A stretch of DNA of 64,000 nucleotides, taken from contig NC_043013.1 of NCBI RefSeq assembly GCF_006345805.1, positions 42,036,001 to 42,100,000 on the forward strand, read 5' to 3'. Below are positions 53,252 through 64,000 of the stretch, one piece after another. A program made the position numbers and the translations under genes. Source of the DNA: Octopus sinensis. Taxonomy: Eukaryota. Under the pieces are notes generated by a model, which worked only from the letters and a program-made list of their open reading frames with translations, was not told the origin of the DNA and ran no database searches. Within the stretch, counting starts at the first letter, position 1; every line of letters starts with the position of its first letter.

Positions 53252-54409
53252 AACACACATTAATACATATCACATACATTCACGCACACACATATATATA
53301 TATATATACATGCGTGTGCGTATTGTATATACACCCACACATTAACCCTATACAGACCCTCGCGAGCCAATTCTTCCGTAAGCATTCACCAGTGCCGCTT
53401 CTTCAGTCACAGCACACAACTCTCGTTACAGTTATAATAACTTTATACCCACACCCTAATTGCCACACACGACTCTACTGACCACACGCGCGCCATCCCA
53501 CCCGAGGATATGACACGCCACATCACTCTTCCTACTGTTACGTACAATCACACGGCCATACATTACCCACTGTCACACACAGATGAGAGTATATCCTTTT
53601 TATCTCTTGTTTCACTCATTAGACTACGGCCATGCTGGAGTTCCGCCTTGAATTTTAGTCGAACGAATCGATCCAAGTACTTATTAATTTGCTTTTAAAG
53701 CCTGGTGCTTATTCTATTGGTTTCTTTTGCCGAAGCGCTATGTAATGGGGACGTAAACACACCAATATCGGTTGTCATGCGGTGGTGGAGGACAAACACA
53801 TACACATGCCACCATCATAACCACTACCAGCCAACGAGGAAATTTTTACATGGTCATTCAATCTGCTAGAAATAGCCACTAAGTTCCCCTCAAATTACAA
53901 CCTGCCGTTTTAAAAAGGTCACATTGGATAAGATAGTCCTGGGTTCCTTGCTCATAGAAAAAAGATGGAATGGTCACGGTTGGAGTCTCTTTCATCGTAG
54001 GTCTGCTCTACAGAGATGACCTAAAGCTGAACAGCTATAACAACTATTGTAATACACTCACTCTCCACAGACCTACACATATTGCATGTAGTGGTATCAG
54101 TACCACTGCTACCTCACCACACTTTGGTAAACATAGACCGCCAGATACAGGGAACCACGCACACCTCGTAGACGTAGACCTCAAAACGTAGGCACCAAAC
54201 CACAAAGTCCAGTAACAAATCTTCTAACATAGGTACCACAGCACATTCTCCAGGTACGGCCCTTTGTTGGTACAACTACAATGTTGTCCCACAGCCACAA
54301 AACTCCACATGACGGTACCGTTCCACGCCTCCTTCCCTCATAAACCTCCACCCGAAGGTACCCCAGCACACCTCCCACCTTTACACACTTTACCTCACAA
54401 ACCTTCTTG

Positions 54410-54895
54410 TGAAGGTACCTCTACATGCCTCCCCTCACAAGCCTCCATATAAAGGTACCCCTACACGCCTCTCCTTACAAGCCTCAATATAAAGGTACCC
54501 CTACACGCCTCTCCTCACAAGCCTCCATATAAAGGTACCCCTACACGCCTCTCCTCACAAGCCTCAATATAAAGGTACCCTAGACACCTCTCCTCACAAG
54601 CCTCCATATAAAGGTACCCCTACACGCCTCTCCTCACAAGCATCCAAATAAAGGTACCCCTACACGCCTCCCCTTACAAGCCTCCATATATTTAGGGGTA
54701 TCTTTATATAAAGGTACCCCTAAATGCCTCCCCTCACAAGCCTCCATATAAAGGTACCCCTACACGCCTCCCCTCACAAGCCTCCACATAAATGTAAGGC
54801 TAAACACCTCCCCTCAAACCTCCACACGAGGGTACCCTAACACCTCCTCTCAAAGCCCCACACGAAGGTACCTTACACAGTTCCCCTCAGAAATA
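54410..54895. repeat. 39-bp minisatellite
   Basis: About 11 units of AAGGTACCCCTACACGCCTCTCCTCACAAGCCTCCATATA. Confidence 0.9.
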
Positions 54896-55325
54896 TCCAA
54901 TTTAAATACCTCTATACACCTCACACCACTTACTCTGACTCCCAATCGACCTCCCCACACGAAGGTACGTCTGGTGAACCCTGTGGTGTAACGAAAGAGC
55001 GTGCCGCCGGGGCAGCCCTTGATTTTTTCCACCACCCCAGAAGGACCTTCCACCATTACCATCCCCACCAGATGAGCTATTGGACGAAGCCATTTCATAT
55101 TACCTCTATCTCTAATGGCAATTTCAGAAAGGCATGACCATCACAACATCCAGCTTCCTCTTCCCTTTCATATTCTCCCTTTTTCATACTTCCAATTTCG
55201 CAGCATCTTTTTATCCATCTATTCAAACTTTTCCTTCTACTATCATCCTCTTTCTGCTTCTTCTTCTTCTTCTTCTTATAATTATTATTATTATTATTAT
55301 TATTATTATCATCCTCTTTCTTCTT

Positions 55326-55415
<90 letters not shown>

Positions 55416-56837
55416 TATCATCCCAGTCTCTCTCTCTCTCTTTCTCTCTCTCTCATACACACACACACACACACACTCGAAGTTTGTCTTGCCCATATCT
55501 AGTATTATTCTCTACGTACATTTCAAACCCTCTCTTACTCTCACCCTCCACCAGTCTCCCTCCTCTCCCTCTCCCCCTCTCTCTCCCTCCTCCCTCCAAA
55601 TATCCTATCACCGCCAAGCCCTAAAGTCACACGGTACAGCAACACCACCAACAACAGCAACTCCTATTGATCTTCATCGTTAACTAACAAGTAAAAGCTG
55701 CTAAAGAAATAAACAGCCTACAAGTTTACATAATCAATCGTTAATACCGATTAATCGATAGGTTTGCTAAGTTTGCACACACCTTTCCTACCACCCTAAC
55801 TTCTCACAACAACAATAACAACAGCAACAATCACTACTACTGCTGCTACTACAACTACCATTGTGCCAAACTGTGTTTCTTACCTGGTTCCTCTGGAGAT
55901 GGCTAATATTTGTTTGGCACATTATGAAACACTTCCTTGGAGTACATATATGCATATATGTATATGTATACACACACACACACACCACACACACACACAC
56001 ACATATATATATTATTATATAATATATATATATATATATATATAATATATATATATATATAATATATATATATATACGTGTGTTTGTATATTTATACACA
56101 CATATACATACGTGTATATTTATTTACACACATATATATATATATTACGTGTGTTTGTATATATATATATATACACGTGTGTTTGTATATATATATATAT
56201 ATACACACACATATATGCATATGTGTATGTATATATGTGGTTGTGTGTATATATATATTTATATATACACACACACATATACATACGTATATGCATGTAT
56301 ATATATAAAGTGTGTTTATATATATATATATATATACACACATATATACATATATACACATACATACACACACGCACGCACACACACGCACGCACACACA
56401 CACACGCGCACACACACACATATATATGCGGAAGTGAGAAAGGGAAGAAAATGTATGAGATAAAGAAAGGAAACAGATGGATGTGCTATAATACACTGTA
56501 TATAAATGTATAATGCGATATACAGAGATTTTTGTGCCAAATAAATAGTAATGCTGATGATGATGGTGGTGGTGCTGGTGGTGGTGTCTTTAATTGACAC
56601 GACTGTACTAAAGATCGTTGTTACTCCTTTTATAATGGTTAAGATTTCTACATTGGGCACTATACCAACAGATTTTGAAGGCGTGACGAAGTGAATAGTC
56701 AATTACATCGACCCAAGCACTTAGCTGGTACTTATTTAGACCGTTTTTCGAAGAAGGAAAGGCGAAGTTGGTCTTTGGGGATTTGAACGCAGAACGGAAA
56801 GGAAGCTATCAAATTTCGATGGCATAAAAGATACATG

Positions 56838-57590
56838 GGATCTTTACCTTTTGGCCGACAGTTTTAAAAAATAATTTTTTGTAACTAAACACTTTCAAAT
56901 TTCGTATAGTGATAGAATGTGTCACATAAAACATCTTTTACTCTTGGCGTTGTTGAGAAAATTCTGTATTTTGGAAGTTATTTCTTGTTAAAGTTGTTGT
57001 ATTCCGGTAATTTCAACTAATTAATGACGTGTATTCAGCTGAATAAAATTACTGCTGTTTGTCAACAACTTCCGGTGGTGTATATTTCGCTTGTCAATGT
57101 TATTTAAGACATATTTCATCTCAGTTACGTTTGTATGAATAAACGAGTGTATCTGAAGCATGTTTACTTCGTGGCACCACTATAATCGTTCCTGCTTCAT
57201 TAAAAAAATTTTTCCGTAACTCTAACCCTAAAACCCTAATCCTAAAACCCTAATCCTAAAACCCTAACCCTAAAACTTTAAAGCTAAAACCAGTACAAAC
57301 GCACGAACGATGTCATAAATAACAGTGACAAACGAAATATACACTGCCGATAGTTGTTGTTGACAAACAACTGCAGTAATTTTATTCTACTGAATACATG
57401 TCATTGATTGGTTGAAATTACCGAAATACGACAACTTTAACAAGAAATAACTTCCAAGATATAGAATTTTCTCAACAACGCCAAGAGTAAAAGATGTTTT
57501 ATGTGACATATTCTACCAGTATACGAAATCTGAAAATGTTTAGTTACAAAAAATTATTTCTAAAATCTGTCGGTCAAAAGGTAAAGATCC
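56838..57590. mobile_element. 753-bp non-autonomous DNA transposon with ~275-bp TIRs (MULE/Merlin-like)
   Basis: GGATCTTTACCTTTTG...CAAAAGGTAAAGATCC; 8-bp TSD GATACATG at 56830-56837 and 57591-57598; central TAACCC-like repeats at ~57217-57277. Confidence 0.9.
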
Positions 57591-57675
57591 GATACATGAG
57601 TATATTAGATTGCACCGTAATTTCAGGGGAAAACGTTTTAATGTATTAAAGCACGTAATATGTAAAACAACTGAA

Positions 57676-58220
57676 ACCCTTTGTCTGTCCTTGTTTGTCC
57701 CCTCTATGTTTAGCCCCCTGTGGGCAATAAAGAAAGAAATATGTAAAACAACTTTGTAAGGCGGTGAGCTGACAGAATCGTTTAGCACTCTGGACAAAAT
57801 GCTTAACGGCATTTCATCCGCCTGTACGTTCTGAGTTCAAATTCTGCCGAGGTCGACTTTGCTTTTTATCCTTTCAGGACCGATAAAATAAGTGATTGTT
57901 GAGCACTGGGATCGATGTAATCGACTTACCCCCTTCCCACGAAATTGCTGGCCTTGTGTCAAAATTCGAAACCAATATTTAAAACAGCTTTGTAAGGCAT
58001 GAAGCTGACAGGATCGTTACCGCATCGGGCAAAACGTTTAACGGCATTAAATTCCGACTTTACGTTTTGAGTTCAAGTGCTACTGGGGTGGACTTTACCT
58101 TTCATCCTTTCGGGGCCGATAAAATACGTACCTGTTGAATACTGGGGTCAGTGTTTACTGACCCCAGTAATCGACTTATCAACTCCCTAAAAGCTGTTGG
58201 CTTTGTACCAAAATAGAAAT
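57676..58220 (+). mobile_element. Cluster of SINE family B copies and fragments
   Basis: 3' fragment 57676-57737; copies begin AAGGCGGTGAGCTGACAG (57758) and AAGGCATGAAGCTGACAG (57994). Confidence 0.8.
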
Positions 58221-58784
58221 CAATATCTAATGCAACTTCGCATAGAGAGCCTGGGGTGCTTTTGTTTTTGTTGTTTTTTTTTAATCCTGTTTTGGGGGAA
58301 ATTAATTGCGTTTTATATGTCATCAAATACGGTAATTAAAATATCGCTAAGATTTTCGCCTGATGCTGTGTTGATTTTTGTCAATCACTGTTCTTACATG
58401 TAATAACGATAATTTAAAGGCACGGAGACAGTGCATAGGGCTCAATATAGGAATAAGACGAAGACTCCCCCCCCCCCAAAAAAAAATGTTGGGGAAGAGT
58501 TGTGGTGTGTGGAAAAGAAGTGAAAGAGAAAAACAAATGTAAAAAATCACTTGTCTAAATAATAGTTGTTTTAGGTCCCAGTCGAAGAAATACCTATATA
58601 ATTTTGGATTGATTCAACTATTAAAAGCAAGGGTCTTTAATAGCTGTGGAGACAGTACTTGAGCAACACCATAGGACGTCGTAAAAGGCGTGAGAGAGAG
58701 AGAGAGATCGTATGTACAGATAACTATTGTTTTAGATCCCAATGGGGGAAGAGTCACTTTGGGTAAATCAGAACCTATATATTC

Positions 58785-58973
58785 TTTTCTACTCTAGGCA
58801 CAAGGCCCGAAATTTTGACGGCCAGTCGATTAGATCGACCCCAGTACGCAACTGGTACTTAATTTATCGACCCCGAAAGGATGAAAGGCAAAGTCGACCT
58901 CGGCGGAATTTGAACTCGGAACGTAACGGCAGACGAAATACCGCTAAGCATTTCACCCAGCGTGCTAACGTCC
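58785..58973 (-). mobile_element. SINE family B variant with TSD
   Basis: TSD AACCTATATATTC at 58772-58784 and 58974-58986. Confidence 0.85.
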
Positions 58974-60328
58974 AACCTATATATTCGAATTACCTCAGCC
59001 TGAGCACGCCATACTTACCAGTTTCACTCATCGTTCAACAAATTTGTTGGAAGATAGCACTTCTCTTCCACCACCCCACCCCCGCATTCCTTTTGTAGGG
59101 ATACTTGAAAATTTAATGAGTGCGTAGTCAAAATGGAAAAACCCTTCTTCTCTGTTCTCACTCCATATTCCCAACCGTACACACTAGAGTTAATTTCAAT
59201 CGATTTTGTCCCTTTGTTGTAGTTGGTTACGCTAGGGAATTGTTGCAAAGGTTGGTGAAATATTTGTTGTCTAGATAGATGAAACATTGCCCGGCTGGAT
59301 GCGATTGTTGTGGCTTAGATGTTATCCGACGCATCATTCATCGTGCTGAATGTATATAATATTTCATCTACCCGGGTAACAAATGTGTCTTCAACCTTAG
59401 TAAGTCTCTGAATGTAGCCAACTACGGCGAAGGAACCAAATCTATTGAAATCAAATCTCAGACGGATTGGCATTCTTCTCATCCTTTGTATCAATGTGCT
59501 ATTAATTTGGGATTCTTCACAGCGTTATTCTGCCTGTACACGCGTAACATATTATGTAATATACTACGTGGTATGAAATATAATTAATCATGTAACTGGC
59601 TTCATCTATAATATATCAACCCATTGATATCCTTTGTTTCATCTCTGATATATCAATCCAGTAATATCCTTTGCTTCGTCTCTGATACATCATCCCATTG
59701 ATATCATTTTCATTTAGGACATTTTCTTCAGTTTCAGCCTTGTCTAAAGTTGGTATTTGACGATGGAAAATAAGAGTTTCAGAAATAATCAAGTAACGGT
59801 TTTGATGAATTAATAAAAGGCAATGTAGATTGTTACTGCAGCAGCGGTCCTCTGCCATCATCCTTATGTTCGATGAAGGTTTCTGCTCCGAAACGTTAGA
59901 TATTATTGCTTCTTTACCACGACGTAACATGTACTCCGCTGATTCAATCATTTACCGACATCTCTAGTTTCCTCTGACCTTCAAAAGGTCCGAGGCCTAG
60001 TGGTTAGAGCGTTACACTCACGATCTTAAGATCATGGTTTCGATACCCACACTAGGCGGCGCGTTGTTTTCTTGAGAAAAACACTTCATTTTACGTTGCT
60101 CCAATTCATTCAGCTACAAGTGAGTTTCAGCAATAGCTGGAAAGTTAGCACTGCGATAGACCGGCGTGTTTTTCAGATGGGATGGCCTTATAATTTCAAG
60201 CACTTATACGCCATGGAATCCGGTTTAAACTCCGAACTTGTGACTCCTAGGATTCAGAAAAGGCCCATGTCTTAGTGCTACTGTTTTACTTTACTCATTA
60301 GAACTAGGGAAGAGTGCCTAGAACTGAG

Positions 60329-61100
60329 GGTGGCTAGCTGGCAGAATCGTTAGCACGCCTGGCGAAATGCGTAACTGTATTTGGTCTCCCGCTACGTTCT
60401 GAGTTCAAATTCCGCCGAGGTCGACTTTGCCTTTCATCCTTTCGGGGTCGATTAAATAAGTACCAGTTACGCACTGGAGTCGATGTAATCGACTTAATCC
60501 GTATGTCTGTCCTTGTTTTTTCCTCTCTGTGTTTAGCCCCTTATGGGTAGTAAAGAAATAGGTATTTCGTCTGCCGCTAAGTTCTGAGTTCAAATTCCGC
60601 CGAGGTCGACTTTGCCTTTCATCCTTTCGGGGTCGATTAAATAAGTACCAGTTACGCACTGGGGTCGATGTAATCGACTTAATCCGTGTGTCTGTCCTTG
60701 TTTGTCCTCTCTGTGTTTAGCCCCTTATGGGTAGTAAAGAAATAGGTATTTCATCTGCCGCTAAGTTCTGAGTTCAAATTCCGCCGAGGTCGACTTTGCC
60801 TTTCATCCTTTCGGGGTCGATTAAATAAGTACCAGTTACGCACTGGGGTCGATGTAATCGACTTAATCCGTGTGTCTGTCCTTGTTTGTCCTCTCTGTGT
60901 TTAGCCCCTTATGGGTAGTAAAGAAATAGGTATTTCATCTGCCGCTAAGTTCTGAGTTCAAATTCCGCCGAGGTCGACTTTGCCTTTCATCTTTTCGGGC
61001 TCGATTAAATAAGTACCAGTTACGCACTGGAGTCGATATAATCGACTTAATCCGTTTGTCCCCTCTGTGTTTATCCCCTTGTGGGCAGTAAAGAAGTAAG
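60329..61100 (+). mobile_element. Tandem tetramer of SINE family B (~182-bp period)
   Basis: One head followed by four bodies; units 2-4 restart at GGTATTTC(G/A)TCTGCCGCTAAG. Confidence 0.9.
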
Positions 61101-61535
61101 AACTAGGATAGAGTTCTGAGAAGTTTGTGTATATATATGCATGTATGTATGTGTGCACTATATTCGTGTAGATGTTTCCTGATAACTTCCAGAAAAATAA
61201 ATAGTTTTTTATTTAAATCTTCTACAAATCCACTTGATGGTGTAGCTTCCAATCATATTGAAAGTTGTTGAATAAAGTTTTTTCCAAGTGTGGAGAGAGG
61301 AGTTTCGGAAAATTCACACAAGTCAGCTTTGTTTGTTCATAACTTACAGAAAAATAGGTGTTTTGTTTCATGAAATTTTCTGCAAAAGCTATTGAGATTG
61401 TATAGATTCCAAGTATTTCGGAATTTAAAGTGAAAAAGAAAACAAAAAATGAATGAATGAGCATGCACACGCACATCACAGTTTTTTTCTTCAAATTTTC
61501 TAGGTTTCATTTTGCAGACGTGTATCTGTATGCAT

Positions 61536-61853
61536 TGGAGTCGCAATGACCCAGTGGTTAGGGCAGCGGACTCGCGGTCGGAGGATCGCGGTTTCGATTC
61601 CCAGACCAGGCGTTGTGTGACTTTATTGAGCGAAAACACCTAAAGCTCCACGAGGCTCCGACAGGGGGTGGTGGCGACCCCTGTTGTACTCTTTCGCCCC
61701 AACTTTCTCTCACACTTTCTTTTGTTTCTTGAGTAACGCTGCGATGGACTGGTGTCCCGTCCAACAGGGGGGAACACATACGCCACAGAAACCAGGAAAC
61801 CGGGCTCATGAGCCTGGCTAGGCTTGAAAAGGGCGCATAAATAAATAAAAAAA
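61536..61853 (+). mobile_element. SINE family C (tRNA-Arg-like head), full length with TSD
   Basis: ATGACCCAGTGGTTAGGGCAGCGGACTCGCGGTC...GTTTCGATTCCC; A-rich tail; TSD ATCTGTATGCAT at 61524-61535 and 61854-61865. Confidence 0.9.
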
Positions 61854-62682
61854 ATCTGTATGCATGTGCACCAGCCCACCATTTTTTTTTTCCCCTTTCA
61901 TATTAAATTCCGATATAATCGTGTTCTATACCATCTGAATGGTATTTGTCTACATTTTCATTTTAAAGTTTCCATTTTTCTGAAAGTTATGAGGAAACGA
62001 AACTGACTCGTGTAAATTTTACAAAACCCTTCTTCTTCACAGTCGGAAAAATTTTGTCACAAACAAATTACGATATAATCCGAACCTACACCATCTGAAA
62101 CGTATTTGAAGAAAATTTCATGAAAAATTATCCGTGTTTTCTGAGAGTTATGCGGAAACAAAACCGTGGGGCACACTTGTGTAGGTATGCCGCTTGCGCG
62201 TGTGTGTGTACGCCCGTTCGTATGCATTGATTTTAGATACTGTTCTCTTTTAATGATTCTTATAGACGTCTCCATTGTAACTAGGCAATCCCCCACCATC
62301 CCCATCTATCTCGACACTGCCCTAAATGTATTTTGTCGAGCTTAGATTGTATTTCCTCTGACTAAAAATACAGGAACGCGAAATTGTTTACGGTTTCATA
62401 TTTGATCATTGGGAATTGCGGAATTTGATTACAAAACATGTAAAGAATGCGTGTGTGTGAGTGTGTGTGTTTGTAAGTGTGTGTGTGTGGTTGGGATATC
62501 TGTATATTCTTTTGTGTGTGTGTGTGTGTGACAAAAGGTGTTAGTAAGCACCAGCATTTCCCACTTTAGTGACAACTGTACTTGTTGCCTCTCGGTTCTA
62601 AATTGCGAAAGCTACCGCAATACTTTATATATATTTGATTTGATTTTTTAGTTTCAGCTCATGAGCTGTGGCCATGCTGGGG

Positions 62683-62785
<103 letters not shown>

Positions 62786-62809
62786 GTTTCGAGGTGATGT
62801 ACAGGTATT

Positions 62810-63325
62810 ATATATTAGAAAAAAATAAGGTACTCAGAGATCTGGACGGTTGTACATTTACAGATACTTATTAATATGTCACATGTTTTTATAAATAATA
62901 TAATAGCGCTTGCATCTACTCTAGTAGATTCTTCAGATTGGAATTTTTGAGGGGATTCGTCTCTATTTATAGTATTATTGAGTGTGTAGGGGTGGAGAGA
63001 TATATAGGATAGTAAAAGAGGGCGAGGAATGGGGAGAAAGTGAGAGAGTGTGTGTGTGTGTGTGCCTGTGTATCTGAAAGGAGTGTCAATGGAGAAAGAG
63101 AAGGAAAGAAAGAAGGAAGAGAGAAAGAAGACAAAATGTGTTTACATCTACACAGCTGGTCAGTTCCTTCAATAGAAAGTTATGAGTTGATTCTTGGTCT
63201 TTAAAAATGGCAAAACCAGGTGGCTACGCTAATATATGATTTATAAAAACATGTGACATATTAATAAAAATCTGTAAATGTACAACCATCCAGATCTCTG
63301 AGTACCTTATTTTTTCTAATATATA
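62810..63325. mobile_element. Penelope-like fragment with inverted terminal duplication and decayed hammerhead
   Basis: 62810-62909 is the reverse complement of 63227-63325; minus strand 62904-62936 reads CTGAAGA-ATCTAC/TAGA/GTAGAT-GCAA-GCGCTA. Confidence 0.7.
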
Positions 63326-63387
63326 TATATATGCGCGATAGTCTTTCGTTAGTAGCTTCGAATTTTACAATTCTGTAAATAATATTT

Positions 63388-63637
63388 TGTAAGCTTAAGG
63401 CTTATAAGTGATTACTGCAATGAAATAAGAAAATAGTCTAATATTGGGGCATATAAGCCCTCAGCGGAAAAAAGTAGGATACGAGAACCATACTTTTTTT
63501 CTGTACCCTACTTTTTTCCGTCGAGGGCTTATATGCCCCAGTATTAGACTATTTGGAATTTTTTTTTACGGCAAATAAATTTATCCTATTTTCTTAAGTC
63601 ATTACTCGGTGACCGCTTATAAACCATAAGCTTATAA
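63388..63637. mobile_element. Nested palindromic MITE-like element
   Basis: Inner hairpin 63431-63554 (AATAGTCTAATATTGGGGCATATAAGCCCTC / GAGGGCTTATATGCCCCAGTATTAGACTATT); outer arms 63388-63436 / 63586-63637. Confidence 0.75.
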
Positions 63638-63715
63638 AATATTATATATACATAAATATATGCATATGTGTATGTCTCCCCCTCTCTCTCTCTCTCTCTC
63701 TGCCTCTCTCTAAAT

Positions 63716-63765
<50 letters not shown>

Positions 63766-63801
63766 TATATATATAGGGAGAGAGAGAGTTATCCTAGAAA
63801 T

Positions 63802-63983
63802 ATATTTTTTTACTACCCACAAGGGGCTAAACATAGAGGGGTCAAACAAGGACAGACAAAGGGATTAAGTCGATTACATCGACCCCAGTGCGAAACTGGT
63901 ACTTTATTTATCGACCCCGAAAGGATGAAAGGCAAAGTCGACCTCGGCGGAATTTGAACTCTGGACGTAACGACAGACGAACT
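63802..63983 (-). mobile_element. 5'-truncated SINE family B with TSD
   Basis: TSD AGAGTTATCCTAGAAAT at 63785-63801 and 63984-64000. Confidence 0.9.
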
Positions 63984-64000
63984 AGAGTTATCCTAGAAAT

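Noticed and set aside
54410-54895. CRISPR-like appearance of regular repeats (also 21315-21630 and 42215-42610)
   Set aside because: Head-to-tail minisatellites without unique spacers; eukaryotic context and no cas genes
57217-57277. Telomere or chromosome-fusion relic
   Set aside because: Degenerate repeats lie inside a TSD-flanked transposon
59024-59951. Minus-strand ORFs as host exons or transposon proteins
   Set aside because: No recognisable motifs and the frames are interrupted; may be decayed PLE sequence but this cannot be supported by eye
61536-61610. tRNA gene
   Set aside because: The tRNA-like head continues into a SINE body with tail and TSD

Overview
AT-rich, microsatellite-dense, repeat-dominated eukaryotic DNA with no supportable host protein-coding gene. 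The tRNA-derived SINE families and (TA)n/(CA)n/(CAT)n load look like an octopus (coleoid cephalopod) intron or gene desert; this is inferred from repeat content, not from a search. Nearly all ORFs in the track are microsatellite or SINE artefacts. The only recognisable coding sequence is a truncated, partly inverted RTE-clade reverse-transcriptase fragment (44326-44990). The window also has three tRNA-SINE families (labelled A, B, C here), hAT, Tc1/mariner and Merlin/MULE-like MITEs with TSDs, several foldbacks, tandem duplications, a 28S rRNA fragment and a 100-N gap. Most notable: (i) about a dozen minimal type-I hammerhead ribozyme motifs of the Penelope/retrozyme kind, one intact with a ~70-nt stem II (39306-39406, minus), plus a family with a recurrent CUGU core variant and foldbacks that break at ribozyme stem III; (ii) an unexplained ~270-nt multi-branched RNA-like structure at 42684-42953.
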